Below, piece by piece: positions 23,257 to 39,860 of a stretch of 57,153 nt of DNA. The stretch is from Reclinomonas americana ATCC 50394. Its lineage: Eukaryota. The stretch's first letter is position 1; every line of letters starts with the position of its first letter. The notes below the pieces were generated by a model. The model saw only the letters and a program-made list of their open reading frames with translations, searched no databases and was not told where the DNA came from. The stretch covers positions 30,869-88,021 of the forward strand of contig PS015023.1 of the NCBI GenBank assembly GCA_048213135.1, in the 5' to 3' direction. The position numbers and the translations under genes were made by a program.

Positions 23257-25803
23257 TTATGAGACAGCAGACGAGCCAATGGTGGCCGCAGCCAGGCGCT
23301 GGCCCAGCTCGCGACCGACGTGCACGCACAGCGCACCGCGCAGGCGGACTGGAATGTGTGTGTCGTCACGGCGCCATAATCTCCACTCACTCTCCGGCGG
23401 TCGCGTACCGACAGTCTCGGAGACCCATTGGGTTAGGCGGTCGCCCACATTGTCTTTGTTGCTTTTCGGCAGTTGCCGTCTACCCCCGTCATGATCGTCA
23501 CCGGCCTCGTCGCCCAGCGACCTCCATCCCACATCCACGATTTCCACAGACAGCCACTCGCGAGTGGACTTGTGGAACACCTCGTCACACATCATCGACA
23601 GGAACACACGCAGAATGGACTCCGAGTCTGCCGGTGGTCGCGTGCATCGAATACGCAGCGTGCGTTCGCCAGTGCCCCCAACCATGTTGGCCGTGGCCTG
23701 GTGAAGCAGAGCAGCGGGATCCGTGTGGAATCCGCGCTCCACCGACTCACCCAGCGCCAAATGCGCACTGTGCGGGTCGACGTCAAGCATCGCTCGCACC
23801 AGCACCGCGTACAATCGCCTGCTCGGTCGACACACTGGCGAGTCGACGACCAGAGCACGAAACATGTCCACTGCGCGTTGCGCTTGACCTGCACTAATCA
23901 GGGCCGACATGCATGAGGCCAGCAGCAGGTCGGGACGGTGTAGGGTCGCCAGTGTTCGCCGGCGTGCGTTTGCAAGCCGCTTGAATGCGGTCTCGGCGAG
24001 GACAACTGCCTCGCTGATTTCGCGATTCGCCAGTAGCGCCTGAATCATGGCGCGCAGCACGAGTGGATCACGTTCGGTTGCCGGGCCCGAGCGGAAAAAC
24101 GATCGAGCACGAGCGAGATCACCAACCTGCCGTCGTCGTGAGTCACGTGACAGCACACTCACACTCTCATTTTCTTTCTTCACGTACCTCGCCAAGAGTC
24201 TTGATGCACGCGCGGTGGACGGTGGCACGCAGTTTCCGAGCTTCATCGTGGGGGAAAATGCGTCCCACCAGCGACAACACGCGATCCACGTCGTGTGTCG
24301 TGCCGAGATGGGCGACCGCGTCAAGCAACGACAGCAGCGGCATGTGGGCATTCTCCTTGTCGCACACCACACCGAGCTGCGCCACACACAGTGAGTGTGG
24401 AAACACACACAAGAGAGGTGCCGCGTGCGTGCGTACCTCGTCGGCATACGCAAACGCCTGATCGAGACGGCCGAGCAAATGACAGCCCTTGATGAGGCTA
24501 GTGAAGAGGCCGGTGGTCGGCTGCACGCCGTACGAAGGCAGAAACGTGCGATACACTTCGTCGGCGCGCTGCATTCGACCGCCCTCGCAGCACACATCGA
24601 CCTGCTCACCACTCTCATTGGTACAGGTCTGCAACACAACATTCTGGAGTGACGGCGACGCACCACAATGTTGAAAATGACGGCGTCGGGGAGCACACGT
24701 GACGCCCGCATGTCGTGCACAATGGTGAATGCGTCGTCCACACGACCCTCTGGCACGAGAGCCTTCAGAGCCTGCGCATACATGCGCAAGTCGAGCGTCA
24801 CGCTCAACGCTCTGGCCTCGCGCACCAACCCGGTGACCAAATCACCCCGATCCAGTTCACGACACATCCACAGCAGCGTCTTGTACGTGCTCCCATCGGG
24901 CCTGCATAGCCGTTCAGAGGACCGCAAAGCTCACACACAGGCAACTTCGCGTACACACCTGTGCAAGTGCGCCACCTGTTGTGCAGGGCGATTTGTTTCA
25001 ACACGAAAAGCTCAAGTCACCTAAGCATCAAAACACAACGCACCAGCTGTTCCGGTCTGCTGCTGAGCATGTCACGGTACATGGCCATCGCCTGAGTTAC
25101 GTCGCGCTGCGATCGCCACAGTGCGCCCACCACCGCATTGTTGATACCGACTGTGGACTGCGCACCCGGCCCCATGCTCTGCAGCGTGTGCCACACATCG
25201 ATAACTCCCATGAGACTGCCGAGTTGCAGGTGCGCGTTGATGGCCAGGCTGAAGACGGAGGCGCTCACGGGTGGCGCCTGGCCCTGCACGCACACAGGTA
25301 CCCCACATCAGCATCGCCATCATCAACCATGGCGCAGTGAGTGGGGCAGAGGAGAGACCATCAGCAGTGGTGCCGACTGAACCATGGCGTCGTACAGGCG
25401 CAAGGTTTCGCGGTAGAGTGACGACTGATTGAGCGACTCCATCAGCGACACCACACGAGCACTTGCATCGTGCACCGAAAGCGTCGACGAGGAGCTCTGA
25501 CACAGCGAGCTGATGCAATCAGTCATCACACAATGCACACGCACTCGCGCTGATGCAGAGTGCACACACCGCAGTTGGTCGATGCAGGAGCAGTGTGTGC
25601 ATCTGCGCTGCGAGTTTCCTCAACCGACTGGAGCGCAGCAGCAGTGAGCGATAGAGAGAGAGTGTGTGAGAAAGACAACTCCTCGGAGACCTCTGTTCAG
25701 CGTCGTCGGGCTTTGTGGCGATCGTGTCGTGTTTGGCTCGACTGCTGGCAGCACGCACACCGATGCTCCATCTCTGTGTGCATCGGGTGACCAGCAGGAG
25801 CAT
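23257..25803 (-). CDS. Pentatricopeptide-repeat protein, probably mitochondrial, with a possible degenerate C-terminal Smr-like domain
   Basis: PPR units PDGSTYKTLL, DLRMYAQALKALVPEGRVDDAFTIVHDMRASRVLPDAVIFN and PTTGLFTSLIKGCHLLGRLDQAF. Arg/Ser-rich N-terminus MLLLVTRCTQRWSIGVRAASSR. Confidence 0.8.
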
Positions 25804-25861
25804 CGCTTTCGATTCTCGCTTTCGATCTCCGTACGAGTGAATGCAGGACAGCAGCAACACT

Positions 25862-29344
<3,483 letters not shown>

Positions 29345-29398
29345 TCACTGGTGGAAGACTGAGCAGAGGACCACGCACAGGACTTCTTCGAGAGATGC

Positions 29399-32264
29399 AT
29401 GAGCGCAGAGGCTGAGCGGATTCTCCTTGCTGCAGAGGGCGCACACTGTGTGGACACGCACTTGTGGCAGGTGCGTCTTCTTTGGTGCTGTGCATGAGTG
29501 CCAGTTGTGTCGCTCACACGCACAGGGCGACAGAGGTATCGCGAGGAGCGACGTGCAGTGTTGGAAGCAGTGTGTGATGCTGCTGTGGGAGATGACTGCA
29601 GTGCGCTGTGGGAACGAGTGTGCTTGGTGTTTGGAGTGCGTGCGTGTCTGTCGGAGTCGGTGCGGCGGGAGTGGGTGTCGCTGGAGGAGGAAGAGGCGCG
29701 AGTGTTGAGTGAGGTGGTGTCGTTGGCGTTGCGTGAGCGGCGAGGGAGTGTGGCGGCTGTGGTGCTGTACGGTCTGCTGCGCGATCATGTGGCCGATGAT
29801 GAGGCGCTTGGCCTTGCTCTGGTCGAGGTTCATCTGCATTCTACACAGTCGTTGCGCGTGGCGTGACTGCTGACTTGCGGTCGTGTCTGCAGAGCATGCA
29901 GTGCCTGGTCAGGCAGCAGTCAGTACCGCTCGTGGATGTTGTCGACCGGCTGCTGCTGGCGCAGCCGGTGGACAAGTCGTGGCCGTTTGTGAGGCTCTTG
30001 CAGGAATGGTTGGCGAAGGAGAGTGAGATGAATGCGACCACAGCGGAGCTCGCTGCGATAATCGGCGCTACTTCGCGTGTGTCGATGGAGGAGGACGACA
30101 CGTGGCTGAAGAGCCCGGCACTCGACCCGCAGACGGTGCATCGCCAGATTGTCGCCTTGCATCGACGCAGCACGTCAATCGGCAGTGCGGAGGAGTCGCA
30201 GCAGCTTGCAGCGCTGTGTGTGCGTCGGCTGGACAGTGTGTGTGGTGGGGACGCGGAAGGTGATGCGCACCGCGGTCTAGTAGTGGCCCTGCTTCACGCA
30301 ATCGGTCGGTGTGCGCGAGTGGCACCACAACTGGCTTTGATGCACTTGGACTTGTCTCGCCGGTCTGTGCACACTTCGTTGGCTTTGTTCATGATGCAAT
30401 GGCGCCGACGCCATGGAGCTGCTCGACCGGTAGATGTGGCGTTGGGTGATGTGCTCGTGAAGCTGCTCGAGGGCCTCTGTGTTGCGTGCCGTTCCTTCGT
30501 CAGACAGCATCGCCATCGCGTTTACTTAAAAGCTGTGCGCATGTTACAGGATCACCGTGACAAAACACCACACGCTGCCGCAGTGCAGTCGCTGTTGCTA
30601 GCTTGTTCCACAGAGGTGGGATGGTCGCCCTGCCCCCCCATCTCGCTAATGTGTCTCACTCTTCCATTGCAGTCTCCGCCTTGTTCGCTGTCGAGTGCGG
30701 AGACCTTTGTGCGACTGGTTCGATGCAGTCCGTGGGTCGCCGACCACATCTTCCGCTCGACGACGTTGATCGTTTCGCTCGTTTCGTGGTGCCAACTAAC
30801 TGCTATGCGGCTGGTGCGTGTTTTCCGTCCGAACCATGTCGACGATGTGGCTGTCGCTGATCGGCGGGATGAGTCCGTGCAGGCGACAGAAGAGCACCTG
30901 ACTGGCGAGTCCGCCGGCACACTGTGTCACTATCTGAGCGCGCTGGCCGTTGTGGTGCATCACGCAGTAACGCAACGCCCACGCACGCTCGCCCGTGGTG
31001 CGGTTTGGTCCAGCAAACTGTGTGCCAGCATCGTCGGTACATGCGCGTTGTTCTCGCCGTTGATTCTGCTGTTGGTGCTGACAGGTGTGCTCTTGAAAGA
31101 CACTGCGTTCGCGGCAGCGATGGTCAAAGTGGCCACGGCCCGACAGCGGGCGGTGGAGGTATGTTATCTGTCTCTCGTTCTCTCCGTGTGTGCGATCGCT
31201 CTCTCATGTGTCTGCTCGCAAGATTGTGCACTCGTGCCTGCGCTCCGTAGTTTTTCGCGATGCGCTGTGCACGCGAACCGCAGCACATTCGTCGCATCGC
31301 GTGACCACCATTATTGTACATGCTCTGCAATGCGTGTGGCCGGCTGCCAACCTCGCTGCACTGGAGGCCGTGCGGTGTGTTGTGTGTGTGTGTGGGCGCG
31401 CACGCACTCTGTCGTTACCGGCTTCTCACTGCGAATCATCAGCACGTGTCTTGCGCTGGCGAGCGAGGACAATGAGGAGCTGCATGGATCGGCGGCCGAG
31501 GCCGTGGCCGTGGTCCTCCTGCACGACGGTGTGTATGTTGTCGGTATTTTGGGTTGGATCTTGGCTGACTTCGTGTTGCAGGTATTCTCGAGTGCTGCAG
31601 CCGCCTGTTGGCGCACCCGGTAGAGGCAGTGCGCAAGTCAGCAGTTTCACTCGTCGCACAGCTGTGCACCGAGATCTGTACGACCACCGTGCATGATGTT
31701 GCGTCGTCGATGTTCTCGTCTCATCTGTCTGCGGTCTTTTGTTGATTGTGTGTTGCGACAGGATGCGTTGCTTCGCCTCTGCTCCAAGCAAGTGCTGCGA
31801 CCACTGCTCGACAGAGCGCAGCATGACGGTGATGCAGAGGCACGCACCGCTTGCAAGTCATTGCTGGAAGAGCCGAGGCATGTTAGCACTCGACAGTATC
31901 GCTGATCTTGTCGTTCTCACTCTGGCATTCGCAGACTGCAAGTTCCGCTGGTGGTCCTCGGCGGCGGAGCACTGATGCCGGAAGCAGAGCGACAGGCCAT
32001 CGAGTCCGACATTCGGCAGGCCGTGGAGCAGGAACAGCAAGTGATTCGGTGTGTGTCTGTGCTCAGACGTCTCCTCGTCATGTCTGCATCTCACGGCGCA
32101 CTGGTCGCAGATGGTTGCGATTGCAAACCGGTCGAGACAGCAGTGCGACAGCGCCACTGCCGCGACTGTTCCTGCCGGCTTCCGTGCGTGACTACTATAC
32201 TCGCATGCTCAAGCCGGCATCTGCCGGCACCATCGCTGCCCTGAGCCCTCCAGCCAAGCTGTGA
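29399..32264 (+). CDS. Uncharacterised Leu/Val/Ala-rich helical (ARM/HEAT-like) protein, multi-exon
   Basis: Long coding-like frames joined by short GT-AG introns from MSAEAERILLAAEG to ...LSPPAKL*. No diagnostic motif recognised, and internal junctions were not all resolved. Confidence 0.6.
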
Positions 32265-32340
32265 TATATTTTCTTTCATTACTGTGAAGAGAAAAAAAGA
32301 AGGGAGCCATAAAGCGCGCAGTTATTCTCCAAGCTTGCAT

Positions 32341-35300
32341 TCATGGCAAGTCTACCGTGTCCGTCCTACCCGCAAGATTTCTGAATGGCGCCTCCAGCAC
32401 AGCGTAATCGGGCAGTGCCAGTGGTGCGAGAGCGGCACTCTGGCGTTGCACTTCGGAGAAAAACGTGCCGAGGGCCGTCATAAACGCGCCTGCTCACATA
32501 TTAACAAAAGGATGAGTGTGGGAAGACGGATCTTTCAAGCGAGACGGTGTACGCACGGCGGTCGGCGGCGGAGCCTGTTGCCGCCGGTTGTCTTCCCTCG
32601 ACACCGATTTCCAGTGCTGCTTCTACTGCGCCGCTGGCCATGTGCTGCAAGAATGTTTCCTTGCTGTGCACAATGAGCTGCACCCAAGCGTGTGTGTGAG
32701 CCAACTGCGGAGGCACACATACAGTGCTGCGAAACGCACCTGCTCAGCCACTTTCTTGCCCTCCTCCAACTGCTTCACCAAGCGCGTCCATGGAAGAGTG
32801 GTGCCGCGAACCATGGCGGCGAAAATGTACCCGAGACCCTCCATGTCGTCGAGGTAATTTTGCGCTGCACCGAATGTGAGGGAGGAATGCAGTGAGGCAC
32901 AGCAGCGTTCACACACATACCTCGAGCCATGTGCGTCCGAAGACTCTTCCACTGCGGTGTGCCACATGATCGCCACTCGGCGGCCACGGTCACATCCGTG
33001 ACGCACCCAAAATCGCACAGCACAATGTCGCTGAGCTTGACGGTTCTGTGCGTGGGGCAGCGGTTACTTTCAACGAAAAACAAACAAAGAAGCAATGGAG
33101 GAACTCAACTGGCCGGACTGGCGACGGAGCAAAAAGTTGGTCGGCTTGATGTCGAGGTGCAGGGCCTTGCAACGCGTGTGAAACTCGCGCATCGTGTTGA
33201 TCATGGTCACTGCCACGGCGGCCATGGTCTTGTAGCTCATGCGTGCCTCCGTGAAGCGATTGCGTCGCATCACGTCGTTCAGCGTCTCGTCATAGGCCTG
33301 CATTCCCCCGAAAAAGTCAGCAGCTGACGGCAATCCTCACAGAGATTGCCATGCAAGTCACGCAACTTCCAGCACCAAGATCTCGGTGCCGACAGGGCCC
33401 ACCGACTCGTCGATGAAATAATCGTACACTCGGGGCAAGTGCACTGCACGACATTCCCGAGTGAAAACCACGGGAAAGACAGCGCGACATATGCGTCGCC
33501 ACACAACAAACATACCGAAACCACGGCCGTGGAACTTGCGCAACAAGAAATTCTCGCCATACAGCGTGCACTGGCGGCGTGCATTCTTGGACTTCTTCTG
33601 CATCGTGAACGTCTTGAGCGCCACAGTCGAGCCTCGAATGGTCTCCTTCCAGAATGCCGTGCACTTGGCTGGCACAAATATGTAAGATTGAGGTGGGGGA
33701 GGTGAAACGGGCATACGAGTGACGGCGCACCAGCAAACACGGGACCACTGGCACCGCGCCCGAGCACGCCCGTCAGCTCGTACTCCTGAATGCCGTCCTT
33801 GGAGGTTCCTCGAATGATGCGGTGCTCGCGTGTCCACACCTTGTCGTGTGCCAGCAACGACTCCAGCGCATCCTCCTTGCTCTGCACGTTGGTCGGTGGG
33901 GGTGGCGAGAACAGGCTGGCGGCGGCGCTGCTGCCGGCTGGGGATGAGAACTTGGAGGCGGAGGCGGAGGAGGACTTGGAGGAACTGGCGGCGGCGGCAG
34001 GTGGTGGTGGCGGTGGCGGTGGGGTGGATGGTGGTGACTTTGATGGGGAAGGGGGAGGGGGAGGGGGAGGGGGAGGGGGAGGGGAAGGGGAAGGGGAAGG
34101 GGAAGGGGAAGGGGAAGGGGATGGTGAGGGGTGAGAGGAGGGGAAGGGTGAAAGGGGCGAAGGAAGGAGGAAGAGAGAAGTGGAAGGTGAGGAGAAAGAG
34201 GGAGAGGGGAAGAGGAGAAGGAGAAGGGTGAGCGAAGGAGAAGGGTGAAGGGAGGAGGGGAGGAGAAGGCGGATTGAGGAGAGAAAAGAGAAGGAGGAGG
34301 TGAGGACGAAGAGGAAACGAGAGAGAGAGAGAGAGGAAGGAGAGGAACGAGACAACGGTGAAGCAGAGGGATAGAATGAAGAGTGTGAATAAACGAGACA
34401 AGGATACAGAAACGGCGCGAGATTATACGGTGAGTTGGTGCAACAAGTGAGGAGATGATGGAGGCACGAGGTCGGAAAGAAGAGAGGAGAGAAGGGAGAG
34501 AAGAGTCGTGTGAACCAGGGGGTTGGAGAGAAGAGACGAGAGACGGTGTTACAAGAAGACAGAAACGGTGCGAGACTGCACGGTGAGTTGGTGCAACAAG
34601 TGAGAAGATGATGGAGGGAGGGACGAGAGCGAAAGAAATAGAGGAGAGAAAGGGGGAGAAGAAAGAGGCGTGAACCAGAGGGTTGGAGAGAAGAGTGTGA
34701 GACGGTGTGGCAAGGAGACAGAAACGGTGCGAGACTGCACTGCGAGTTGGTGCAAACAAGTGAGAAGACGGGTGGAGAGAGGGATGAGAGCGGAAAGAAA
34801 GAGGAGAGAAAGGAGAGAAGAGTGAGCATGAACCAGAGGGTTGGTGTTACAAGGAGACACAAACGGTGCGAGATTATACGGTGAGTGGTGCAAACAAGTG
34901 AGAAGATGAGAAAGAAGATAGGAGAGAAAGGGGGAGAATGAAAGAAGAGAGAAGAGGTGCCGACCGTCTGGACCCACACACGGTGTCCTTCAGTCGTCAC
35001 GCGCCATCTCCAAGAGTGATGGAGAGAGAGAGAGAGAGAGAGGAATGGCGAGATGAGAAACGGAGTGCAAAGAGACGGAGCGGTGGAAACTGTGAGGATG
35101 GATGCAGAGAGTGTGGCATGCCCGCATACCGACTGCGCCGACGTGGGCGCTCGTCTCCGTGGTCGTGCAGCAGCGGCAGCAGCAACAGGCACAGGCTCCG
35201 CCACAATCGGCTCTTGCGTGCGCTGGCGCTTCTGTGGCGGTGGATCGACTGCTGGTGTTGGCGCTCGTCGCGCACCACGCTTCACGTGCACAAAGTCAAT

Positions 35301-35962
35301 GTCGCCACCCGCGTCGTCGTCGTCATCGCTGCTGGCCGACAAATCCATGGGGCGCACGTCCTCGTCGTCGCTCTCCGACTCGGGAAGTTCATTCTGCGCA
35401 GCGTGCGATTCAGTTGCCTCTTCTTCTCTCTGGTCATCCACAAGTGATCTCTGGTACCTTGCGCGAGGCCGGTGCTCTCCGAGCAACAGCCGACTTGGCA
35501 CGAGGCGCCTGCTGCAAGTCACGGTTCACTTCATGAGCACGTCCGTCACGGATGATGGATGACACATGCGGAGATGCGCAACGTTCTCCTGCCCCTGGGC
35601 CTTGCTGGCAGGCTGCTTGGCTGCTCGGGAGGCGGTGGCCTTGGTTGCGCGGGTGCCTTTTTCGACGGGCGGTGGTCCGTGCTCGGCAAAGAGTGCGCGC
35701 AGTTGGTCGGCCTGTGATGAGAGGGAAAGTAAGGAGGAGGAGGTGGAGGGAAAGAAGAAGACTAACATCAACAACAACAACAACAACAGCAGCAGCAGCA
35801 ACAAAGGGGAATGAGGAGGGGAAGAAGAAACCAGTGCGAGATGAGCTACAGACAACACAAGCTGCCAGACAGAGGAGACGACTGCAAGGAACGGATGCGA
35901 ATAGTGTGATGCTCACAAAGGAAGGGTAGGAAGCAAGCGCACTGAGTGAAGAGTTTACAACA

Positions 35963-35999
<37 letters not shown>

Positions 36000-36753
36000 G
36001 AAGGAGCAAGTTGAGCGAGACGACAAGATGAATGCGGGTGATTGAGAGGGCCCGGGGGCATGATGCTCGACAGGAAGCAATCACAGTGTGCGAATTCCCG
36101 GCGTGGGTGAAGAGTCTGAAACAAGAGAGAGAGAGAGAGAGAGAGAGGAGGAGTAAGAAGTAGAAGTAGTAGAGACGTACACGTACGAAGGACGGACGAC
36201 GTCGTACGAACCAACGTAGTACGAACCGAAACGGAAGGAAGGAAGGAACGGAAACGGAAGGAAGGTAACGTNNNNNNNNNNNNNNNNNNNNNNNNNNNNN
36301 NNNNNNNNNNNNNNNNNNNNNNNNNNNNNNNNNNNNNNNNNNNNNNNNNNNNNNNNNNNNNNNNNNNNNNNNNNNNNNNNNNNNNNNNNNNNNNNNNNNN
36401 NNNNNNNNNNNNNNNNNNNNNNNNNNNNNNNNNNNNNNNNNNNNNNNNNNNNNNNNNNNNNNNNNNNNNNNNNNNNNNNNNNNNNNNNNNNNNNNNNNNN
36501 NNNNNNNNNNNNNNNNNNNNNNNNNNNNNNNNNNNNNNNNNNNNNNNNNNNNNNNNNNNNNNNNNNNNNNNNNNNNNNNNNNNNNNNNNNNNNNNNNNNN
36601 NNNNNNNNNNNNNNNNNNNNNNNNNNNNNNNNNNNNNNNNNNNNNNNNNNNNNNNNCGAAGAGAAGGTAGGAGGAAGGAGGGTACGGTACGTACGCGCGG
36701 ACGAGGAAGAGTACGTACGACGACGACCGAACGACGACGAGAGAGAGAGAGAG

Positions 36754-36793
<40 letters not shown>

Positions 36794-37299
36794 GAAGTGA
36801 AGAGTAACTGAAGCGGGTTGAGCAGCAGCCACGTGACAGAAGTCAAATGCACGAAGAAAGAGACGAGAAAACTGCTAAGAGATGGAAAGGGGGCGGCGTG
36901 AAGGAAGAGTTTGAAACCGAGAAATAGAGAGACAGAAGAGCAACTTGACAGTGCTCAAGCAAGACAGCTGATTGTGCGAGTGGAGACGGAGAGTGAGGGC
37001 AGCATACAGATGAAACAATGCCCAGGGAATGAGCACGGGGCACAGACGTGAAGAGGACGACAGGAAGAGATAATGCAAGCAGTGGAGGGATGCAAGCGGG
37101 AACTCAGGGGAGCTGTGAGTCCCTCTCCCCCTCTCTGTCTCTCCCTCCTTCCCCACCCCCCTCTCTGTCCCTCGCACCCCACCTTCTCCTTCATCGCATT
37201 CTCCCGCGCACGAGCCGCCAACAGCCGCATATGACGAATCTCTCGCGGCGACATCACATCCAGTGACTTGCGCGTAACACGCTGCGGAGTGGGATCCAT
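32341..37299 (-). CDS. Divergent CK1-group Ser/Thr kinase (non-RD) with a long disordered N-terminus
   Basis: LGRGASGPVF, VALK, LPRVYDY, LHLDIKPTNFLL, LCDFG, CGTPQWKSLRTH, DDMEGLGY...LPW and PDYAVLEAPFRNL. These are CK1-group hallmarks: no APE motif, DDxExLGY, LPW, PDY. Exon 1 (37299-37183) joins in phase 0 to 35711 across an N-gap. Confidence 0.85.
34400..34930. repeat. Intronic tandem repeat, about 4 units
   Basis: Repeated agaaacggtgcgaga.t..acggtgagttggtgcaacaagtgag...tgaaccagagggttgg. Confidence 0.85.
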
Positions 37300-37460
37300 G
37301 GCGGAGAAAGCAGCAAAACAAAAAAAACAAGACACGACTTAGTGGCGCGAATCGATCTTGTCAGGGAAGTAACGGTCATTTTGTGTCTTTCGTTTGGTGT
37401 GTTTCGTCTTGTGTTTCGCCCTGTGTGAAGTGTGTGTCTGTGTGTGAGTGAGAGAACATC
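37300..37460. promoter_or_regulatory. Putative shared bidirectional promoter/5'UTR region between the kinase and the BAF-like gene
   Basis: 161 bp between divergent ATGs (37299 on minus, 37461 on plus). Inferred from position only. Confidence 0.5.
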
Positions 37461-37760
37461 ATGTCTTCTGGTGATCACCCGTGGTTGGCGGATCTGACGG
37501 AGAGGTCGCGTGACAGGATCTCAGGCTTCAAGGAGCAGGTGCGTCTGTGTGTGAGGAATAGAGTGTGAGTGTGTGCGTGTGTGTGTGTGTGTGTATGTGA
37601 GTGCTGACTGTGTGCATGTGTAGCCATTCCCCAAGACATGGGATGACTTTCCGGGAGTGGGTCCAGTTGCAGCAGCAACGTGTTGCGTCACTCACTCGTC
37701 TCTCTCTTCCTCTCTCTTCCTCTCTCTCTCTTCCTCTCTCTTCCTCTCTCTCTCTCTGAG

Positions 37761-37795
<35 letters not shown>

Positions 37796-39697
37796 GCTCA
37801 CTCACTCACTCACACACAGCGTGCTCTACATATGAGCACAATGAGGCCTGATTTCGCTCTCTCACGTCTGTATGCTCACTCTCAGTCTCACTCTGCTCTN
37901 NNNNNNNNNNNNNNNNNNNNNNNNNNNNNNNNNNNNNNNNNNNNNNNNNNNNNNNNNNNNNNNNNNNNNNNNNNNNNNNNNNNNNNNNNNNNNNNNNNNN
38001 NNNNNNNNNNNNNNNNNNNNNNNNNNNNNNNNNNNNNNNNNNNNNNNNNNNNNNNNNNNNNNNNNNNNNNNNNNNNNNNNNNNNNNNNNNNNNNNNNNNN
38101 NNNNNNNNNNNNNNNNNNNNNNNNNNNNNNNNNNNNNNNNNNNNNNNNNNNNNNNNNNNNNNNNNNNNNNNNNNNNNNNNNNNNNNNNNNNNNNNNNNNN
38201 NNNNNNNNNNNNNNNNNNNNNNNNNNNNNNNNNNNNNNNNNNNNNNNNNNNNNNNNNNNNNNNNNNNNNNNNNNNNNNNNNNNNNNNNNNNNNNNNNNNN
38301 NNNNNNNNNNNNNNNNNNNNNNNNNNNNNNNNNNNNNNNNNNNNNNNNNNNNNNNNNNNNNNNNNNNNNNNNNNNNNNNNNNNNNNNNNNNNNNNNNNNN
38401 NNNNNNNNNNNNNNNNNNNNNNNNNNNNNNNNNNNNNNNNNNNNNNNNNNNNNNNNNNNNNNCTCTCTCTCTCTCTCTCTGTCTGTCTCTCATTTATCAT
38501 GAGCGCAAGGGGTGCCTGCAGCCATGGTTGCACTCCCATTCTGTGTCTTCTCTCTTCTTTCTCTTCCTGTTTCTCCCTTCTCCCTTCTCTCTTTCTCTGT
38601 CGACACACACACGCACGTGCACTTCTCTTCTTCTCCCTCTTGCACACATCTTGCTGATCGATGAGCACAAGGGCAACTGCATCTGTTTGGTGTCATGATT
38701 TCACTGTTCTTTCTCTCTTCTCTCTGTTCCCCCCTCCTCTCACTCTCCTCTCTCTCTCTCACACATGCACAGGCACTCTCTCTCCTCTCTCTCTCTCACA
38801 CAGTTATCATGAACACAAGGGCACCTACATGTGTTTGGTGTCACGATTTCACTGCTCTTTCTCTTTTCTCACTCTCCTCTCTCTCTCTCTCACATGCACA
38901 CTTCGTCTCCCTCTTGCACACGTCTTGCTGATCATTGAGCACAATGTAAACCTGCAGCTGCTTTTGGGTGTCGTGCTTTCGCTCTCTCTATCTGTTCTTC
39001 GTTCTTGCTTTTGCCTGTCTCGCACAGTGTGCATGCGTGTTGCTGCAGACAACACCCTTGGCTCTCTCGCTCGCACACTAGCACATCCTTTCACTCATTT
39101 ACTCTTCTCCTCTTCTTCTGCGCCTACAGTTCAGACGACACTCTCACTCTCTCTTCTCTCTCACCCACCCCGCACTCTTCGTGTGCCTTTTGCGCTTCCA
39201 GCTCTCTCTGCCACTTATCGCTCCAATCCTCTCCCTCTCCCCTCTTCTCCCCTCCCCTTCCCCCTCAACGCCCCCTCACTCCCTGTCTCGCGCGCAGTTG
39301 AGGCGCTAAACATCAAGAACCCGGCCATGTTGCTGGGTGAGTGCTTTGTGTACCTCTCGAGAGAGTTGTCCTCGCCCTCCGTTCTCACTCACTCCCACTG
39401 ACGCAGGCAAGTTCCTCTCGACGGGTCCAAGTGGGAAGGATGTGCCCGAGTTCTACTCGTGGTTGAGCTCCAATGGGGTTTGTTTTTCCTCTGCCTGTTG
39501 GTTCTCCCGGTCGGCATTCCACTCACCTCGTGTCTGTCCTTCGTTGACAGATCCCGACTCCGCGTGTGCTCTGTTGCGAACGAGTGAGAGGTGCACAACG
39601 CGAAAGAAAAAAGGTGACTGACTTGCTCTTGTATCTTGCAGGCTTGCAGTTGCTGTCGTGGTGCGCGACGCATGATTTGTACGTGCCGGGCGAGTGA
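37461..39697 (+). CDS. BANF1: Barrier-to-autointegration factor (BAF)-like protein, 107 aa, 6 exons
   Basis: Exons 37461-37538, 37624-37681, 39298-39336, 39407-39477, 39551-39572 and 39642-39697 are all GT-AG and phase-consistent. Product: MSSGDHPWLADLTERSRDRISGFKEQPFPKTWDDFPGVGPVAAATFEALNIKNPAMLLGKFLSTGPSGKDVPEFYSWLSSNGIPTPRVLCLQLLSWCATHDLYVPGE. It matches BAF motifs F..EP, L.GIG (HhH), VLGQFL, F..WL and C...L..WC with the expected spacing. Confidence 0.75.
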
Positions 39698-39860
39698 ACG
39701 CCAGTCTTCCTCGTTTCTCGTGCGTGAATGTCTGTGTGTGTGCGATGAGAGAAAAAGAAAGAGATAGACAGACAACAAGAGAGTGAAGCTTGTTTTACTT
39801 GCTATACACGCCTGTCCGCTGCTTGCTGTCCTCTCCGCTCTTTCACTTTGTTCTATCGCC

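Noticed and set aside
33279-35522. 747-aa ORF and similar S/L/F- or R/E-rich ORFs (for example 27521-28590)
   Set aside because: Read-through of stop-poor CT/GA microsatellite introns; only the embedded exons are coding.
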